This document shows positions 58,148-64,000 of a stretch of DNA of 64,000 nt, in pieces. This stretch comes from Oikopleura dioica (Eukaryota > Animalia > Chordata): contig OU015569.1 in assembly GCA_907165135.1 (NCBI GenBank), positions 4,650,001 to 4,714,000 of the forward strand, given 5' to 3'. The notes below the pieces were generated by a model. That model was not told the DNA's origin. It worked only from the letters and a program-made list of their open reading frames with translations, and did no database searches. Position 1 is the first letter of the stretch. Every line of letters begins with the position of its first letter. The position numbers and the translations under genes were made by a program.

Positions 58148-60441
58148 TCATCTGACTTGCTGCTTTTCGACAAAGGCGGCGAACTGCCTTCCATCTCTTA
58201 GCAGGTCGCCGAAAGTACCATTTTCAGCAACTGATCCATTATCGAGAAGGAAGATTTCGTCGGCGTTCTTAATCGTCGACAGGCGATGAGCAATAATGAT
58301 AAGGGTGATGTCTTCCTGTGAGAGGTTTTCAATTGCCTCCTGGACATGCGACTCGGATTGAGCGTCCAGAGCAGAGGTCGCTTCATCCAAAATTAACAGC
58401 TTCGGCTTTCGAACAAGGGCTCGAGCAATTACGATCCTCTGGCGTTGGCCTCCACTCAAAAGAATACCGCCTGACATGTGTTCCAATACTTCACTTGAAG
58501 AAGTGCTATTCTATTCAAGAAAAAAGGTTCAAAACGAGTTGAGACACATTCCTTCGCCGATGTTTGTATCAAGTCCATTTTCTAACTTGTCAATGAATTC
58601 CCAAGCGTTCGCCCTTCTACAAGCTTCATTGATACTTTCAGCGGAGACGTCTTGGCCCAGCGCGCCATACGCAATATTGGCTCGAATAGTATCAGAAAAC
58701 AGCTCAGCTTCTTGAGACACTATCGCCACATTTTCTCGCAGCCACTTGTAGTCTAGTTCATGCAGGTTCACCCCGTCGAGATAGATATTGCCTCTTTGGC
58801 AGGCGTAAAACTGCAAGATCAACTTTGTAATGGTGCTCTTTCCAGATCCAGAATGGCCGACAATCGCCGTTGTGAGTCCCGGTTTGATTTCTAGCGATAG
58901 ATTTCTAAAGATTTGTTCGTCTGGACGGCTCGGATAGGAAAAATCAACATTTCTACGATCGAGTTACATTTACTATTCTGTGCGTAAAATAAAGAGTATG
59001 CTTTTCAAATGGAAATTTAATACGTAAATCTAACTCATTTCTTAAAGAAATGCCTCCATGAACATTTTCTAGTTTTCTGGATCCGCCAATAGCAGGCGTT
59101 GCTTCGTCAAGAATCGTCCATAATCTCGTTCCAGCTCCAGCTGCTTTGCTTATCGTCGTATAAGTGTTTCCAATCATCGCCAGTGCTCCGCCCGAGAATG
59201 TTCCATAGAGCAGAAGCGCCGTCACATCTCCAGAAGTCACCATTCCAGATTGCAAGTAAGGCACCGTCGTTTTTAAAATATACAAAAGCAGAAGATTACC
59301 CATGAAGGGATTCATTGACCAGAGCGTCGCATTGGCCTTTGCTTCTTTCGCCGTTGCGGCTTGGACGTTTCTGACCATGGTCGAGTACGAGTCGACTTCT
59401 CGTTCTTCTTGCTTGAAGGCACGCACAGTTCTGAACAAGAAATCTTGTATAGGATTATGTTGTATAGGATTAAATTTCTGGCGAAGACGCTTCGCGGCTC
59501 GGTTTTTACAAAAGCCGCTACGGGTCTTTTTTCGTAAGAGACATATTTCTAGTTATAGCTTTACTAATTCTTCTCCGTTCTTTTACCTTACGTTACCTTA
59601 TGTTAGCAATTCTTTCAGTAGCAAGTCTTCCAGCTTGCGCCGTCCAAGTCTGCTGTTCTTTCGTGAATCTTCGGATCAGCTTGCCGCCAGTTTTGGAAAT
59701 GAGGATAATTGAAGCAATGCCGCCGATGGAAGCGAAAATGAGCTCTGGCGGTGCCATGTAGCAGATCGCGCCGGTCGAGATTAGAAATTGTAGAATTGAG
59801 CGGAAGCCATCGTTTAAATTGGACGTGGCGGCGAGGCCGACCACTTGGCAGTCGGAAGTGAGGCGAGAAACGATCTCGCCAGATTGGTTTCGGTCGAAGT
59901 ACGCGATTTCCTTGTGCAGCAATTTGGAGTACACTCGTTCTCTCAGATTGCGGATGAAGATGTTGCCCGAAGTGTTCGTAAGGTAGACTCTGAAGTAGAA
60001 ATGTAACACCGAAGGTCGAAACAAGAGCGTTTTCGTTACCTGGACCAGTTGCACGACGCTTGCAATAGAAAAACGGCCGCTCCGATGGAAATAATCTGGC
60101 TCGCGTCAATTGTTCCATTCGCCGCGTTGTCGATGATGTATCCAGTCATTGCTGGTATTCCCATCATCACTCCGGAAGAAACGATCGACAATCCAAACGC
60201 AGCGGCCATTCTTTTCTTGACGCACTCCATTTCACTCAGAATCCGACGAAACGAAGCCTTTTTGTCCGCCGCGGTGATCCTCTCCAACTTCTGTAAATAG
60301 TTTAATGACTTATTCGAGGACTAGTATTCGTACTTTTTCATTTTCGTCGCTAGAATCGAGCAGCCTCGAGGAAGAGGAGAATGTTCTTGTGACGATTTTT
60401 GAGCGATTAGCCAAATAAAGTCTACGAGGCAATCGAAACAT
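58148..60441 (-). CDS. ABCB10: Mitochondrial ABC half-transporter, ABCB10-like
   Basis: Arg-rich presequence [18 protein letters not shown] with [16 protein letters not shown] and [14 protein letters not shown]. Walker [45 protein letters not shown]. Confidence 0.92.
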
Positions 60442-60940
60442 CTTCTAATCTCCGAATCCGCGCTTTTTGAAGGTTTTTTCTAGATTCCAAGATTGTTTTC
60501 GTAAAACTGAGGTCAGTAGGGCTTCCCGGCTTCGATGAGCAAACACAGGTTCATTCTAGAAACGCGATGGAAGGGATGATGCGCAGTTTAGAAATCTTTA
60601 TTTGATGCGGCGAAAAGCTTTTGTATCCCACTAATTTAATTTAATAATAGTCGATCTTTCACGACTCTAAACCGAAAATTCAAATTAAAAAAGTAAAAGC
60701 GATGAGATCAATTTAACTGTGCCTCTTTTAGGGATTGAGAGATTCCGTCGGAGTCCTCCAAATTTCTATTGGCGGAGCTAGGCCAATGGCTGAAGCACGT
60801 TTGATTCTTGCGAGTAATTTCCACTCTGAGTCGATAATTCTATTGTGAACCTTTTTTCCCTTGCGAGAAAACATGGTTCCTTGTGTTTATGGTTTTAGGA
60901 AGGTGGCTTGTAATTAACCATTCGGTCAAGCTAATTAGCG

Positions 60941-60970
60941 AGCCAATCAGCACGCGTTGTGGGGAGCCAA
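60941..60970 (+). promoter_or_regulatory. CCAAT boxes (AGCCAATCAGCACGCG and AGCCAATAAG) in the divergent ABCB10 / USP19 promoter
   Basis: Tandem CCAAT motifs plus others near 60768 and 60783, between head-to-head genes. Confidence 0.55.
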
Positions 60971-61620
60971 TAAGGGACCTTATGGGTTCAAATTAGGGGG
61001 TGATTATGGGCGCTAAATTTGAAATTATCTTTAGAAAAATATAATTTTACTAGGTAATTAAAACATAATAGCAGTATCTTCAGTCAAATTAGTAAAGAAA
61101 CGCACTTGTTTTTCTCATCAGCAGTATTTAAGATATTTCACTCTAATTGTCCCTTATTCTCAATATTTTACGAATTTTTGTCTATTTTTAAATAAAAACC
61201 GCGAATAGAAATGACCAAGAGTGAAGCAATTAAAAGATAAGAAGGCTTCTGACCGTTAACTTGTCAAAAGTCAGCCAGAGGCGTGTGAAGGATGAGTCAC
61301 CGTTGTGACAAAGTCTCCTGCTTACTTGCTTTTACTATTTTAATTTTGGAAATTTTGCGAGACCACAGCCAAAAGAGACACTTTCTAACTCCCGGAAGCG
61401 AGGTCCAGTTCAAGGAACAGAGGCTATACTGAATCTTCTCTTTATTACCCGACGTCCATATTAATCGACTTTTCTTCTGAAGAGATTCAGTACCAAAAGA
61501 TTGGTAAATATGGACTGGGTTTGCTAGTCTTCTTTCTCTTTTTATTCTGGATCGAGTCTTTTTGATTTGTTTTCAATTTTCGTAAATTGTTTATCGCTTT
61601 AGAATAAATGTTCTATTTCA

Positions 61621-64000
61621 GTATGAGCCTCGTTTAGCACTGTTTGATCTTGTCGTGCGTGGAATCGTAAGTGAGGTTAAGCGGCGGAGAATGACCACGG
61701 ATGGTGTTATCAGCCACGCCGAGCTGCACGGCTCATCGCAATCAAAACCGGAAAATGAAGAATCCCTCAAAGAAACACAGAATGGACCTGGGATCTCCTC
61801 CGACGAGGCCGAAGAGGACGAATGCATCGATCTTACCAAGAAGATTAAGGTCGAAGACATGAAGATAAACACAAATAAATATAGCCAGGGATATCAATTA
61901 GTAAAAGTCTAAATTGATTAAACGAAAACTGTTAAATGCGGAATGAGTGACGAAACGAATGACTGTAGTATCCCAGAAAAGATATCAAATCTTCGTCCCT
62001 GCTGTGCACGACGTTGATTGCAAATTCATTACACCGGAGAAGCTTTCCGTTCAGTTCACAAGCAAAGACAAAAACTTCCTGGCTGAACATTCGCAGGGGA
62101 GCAATGAGTACTTTTGTGTCAATCTCAAAATGTCTGAGGACGCGATCGACAAAGAGAAGATCGCCATAAGAGGCGTCAGAAGAAAAACATTCGAAGTTGA
62201 AGTCACCTATTTGAAAGGCATGGGAATAAGCACACTTTATGAGAACAAGGGGAAAATAATTGCCGTGGTAGGAAAAAAGGTAGCTCGAACTCCTCAGATC
62301 TTCATTGAGATTATAAAATGCTAAACCCAAGAAACAGGAAAAGACCCGATTCCAAAAGCCCCGCCGCCACCAGCCCCCTCGGCGCGGAGTAGCAGCAGCA
62401 CCTTGAAATTGCGACCCGAGTCAAAGAGCGAAAAGACGGAAAAGCCAGTGGCAACTGTGGCCCCAATGACAAAGGCTGGCTACACCGGGCTGATTAACGT
62501 CGGGAATACTTGCTTCATGGCGTCAGGAAACGCGTTTTCAATAATTTTGTCTGCTTGGAAGCGTGAAATTGAATCTTTGTTTCATCTTTGAGTCGAGTGA
62601 TGAAAGAGTTTCTTAATTGCGACCGCGAAAGTTTATGAAAACAAATCTCTTGAAAACAAAGCAAAGTGATCCAATGTTTATCCAACATTCCAGCGTTGCG
62701 CGATTATTTTCTATCACGAGGTGCGAGTGACCATCTCCATCCGACGAAAAACAAGCAATTCTAATTAACTGCCTTTTAGACTTCGAGAATGACATCAATT
62801 GCGATAACCCGCTCGGCACTGGCGGCAAAATGGCCAACGCTTTCTACTTTCTATTGACACAACTCTGGTCAGGAAGGCTTAGATAGAGTCGAGTAGTGGC
62901 TTTTCGAAGCAGTAGATTTACCAAAAAATAAGCGATACTTTTATCTTTTCAGCATTTTGATTTATCACTTCTCTTCTGTTTTACGAAAAGCTCGATGCAT
63001 CTTTAGAGCCCTTTGGCTACTTTTAATGATGATCGATTAATCTTAGAAATCTTAAGTCTCTGACGATTAGATATTTTCCATCCTAAGCCTGCGACAGGGA
63101 AGCACAAAGCGGTAAAGCCGACGCAAGTGAAGCAAGTCGTCGGAGAGCGAGCCCCGCAATTCCAAGGCTACTCGCAGCACGATGCACAAGAGTTCTGCGC
63201 CTACATACTCGACCTGCTGCACGAGGACGTCAACTTAATCAAATCAAAGCCATACACGGAGTCTAAAGAAGCTGATGGACGCCCGGACAAGGTAGGAAAT
63301 ACAAGCGAGAAGCATTGTCAAGCAATGCTACCAAATCACAGAAATAGATTGTTTCGATATAAGCAGATTAGGTTTTGTTTTCGCGAGTGGCTCTGGACTC
63401 CATCGCCGTTCATCCCATGTTTCGAGCGTAAATAAAATGCTACTCGCGAAAATGAATGATGCATCCACGATTCTAATTCGCATTTGAAAGGTCTCATTAT
63501 AAAGTTAAGCTTGGACATGCATTTTACATTTTCGCGTGTTCTATTGTTTTGAATGCGAAATCAACTCAATTTGTCAAAGCGCGCTCGAGACATGGCGTCG
63601 TATTTTGATAACAGTTTGAGTTGGCTAGTCGCGACCTTTGGCAAAACCAAAATTTTAAGGTGGTGGCGGAGGAGTCTTGGGACATTTTCTCGCGGCGCAA
63701 CAAGTCGAAGATCGTGGATCTACTCTACGGGCAGTACAAGTCCAACCTGCGATGTCCAAAATGTGAAAAACAATCGATCACCTTCGACCCCTTTGTTTAT
63801 TTATCAGGTAATGAGCCAGAACTTCAGTTAACATCAATGTTTTCTACAAACAGTGATATGCAACAAGCATAATAAAAATAGTCAACAAAGGCAGGCGCAG
63901 CAACGGGATAAAGGTCACTTCAAAGGGGGAGGCGATGGTTCAAAAATGCGTATTCAGGAGTAGGGCGATCCCCTTTCGCGGTGTATATGTCCTGGGCTCA
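61621..64000 (+). CDS. USP19: Ubiquitin-specific protease USP19-like (CS/p23-like region + USP domain); 5' exons uncertain, runs off the window
   Basis: GYTGLINVGNTCFM, QCLSNIPALRDYF, NPLGTGG, QFQGYSQHDAQEF...LHEDVN..KPYTE...DGRPD-VVAEESW, GQYKSNLRCPKC...SITFDPFVYL. Confidence 0.9.

Noticed and set aside
1-64000. tRNA, rRNA, snRNA or conserved miRNA genes
   Set aside because: No cloverleaf or known RNA signature was seen by eye. A tRNAscan-SE or Infernal run would be needed to exclude them.

Overview
Eukaryotic, gene-dense, AT-rich DNA. It has tiny introns (mostly ~35-80 nt), several GA-AG introns, and TTTCAG-AAATG acceptor-like sites just before start codons. This points to the appendicularian tunicate Oikopleura (inferred from sequence style, not from a search). 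The first ~10 kb has no recognisable gene. The rest holds about 20 spliced genes. Recognisable ones are a B4GALNT-like glycosyltransferase, a multi-Kazal secreted protein, MAN2B1, an SLC38 transporter, a DEG/ENaC channel, MANF, TBCA, NUDT6, a chromodomain protein, a DNAL4-like dynein light chain, CDC25, an RFWD3-type RING protein, ABCB10 and USP19; several others are orphans. Five non-autonomous DNA elements could be delimited by their terminal inverted repeats (TIRs) and target-site duplications (TSDs). Main observations: (1) two homologous 56-bp hairpin minisatellites share a G-quadruplex leader but sit in two unrelated transposon shells, with the hairpin loop flipped between them; (2) a PCF11-type CID domain appears spliced in frame to a BTB domain; (3) two transposons sit inside coding exons, each with a possible in-frame non-canonical splice exit; (4) an intron-bearing gene resembles, from memory, an uncharacterised mostly bacterial family. 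Gene models were assembled by eye, so some exon boundaries and 5' ends are uncertain.
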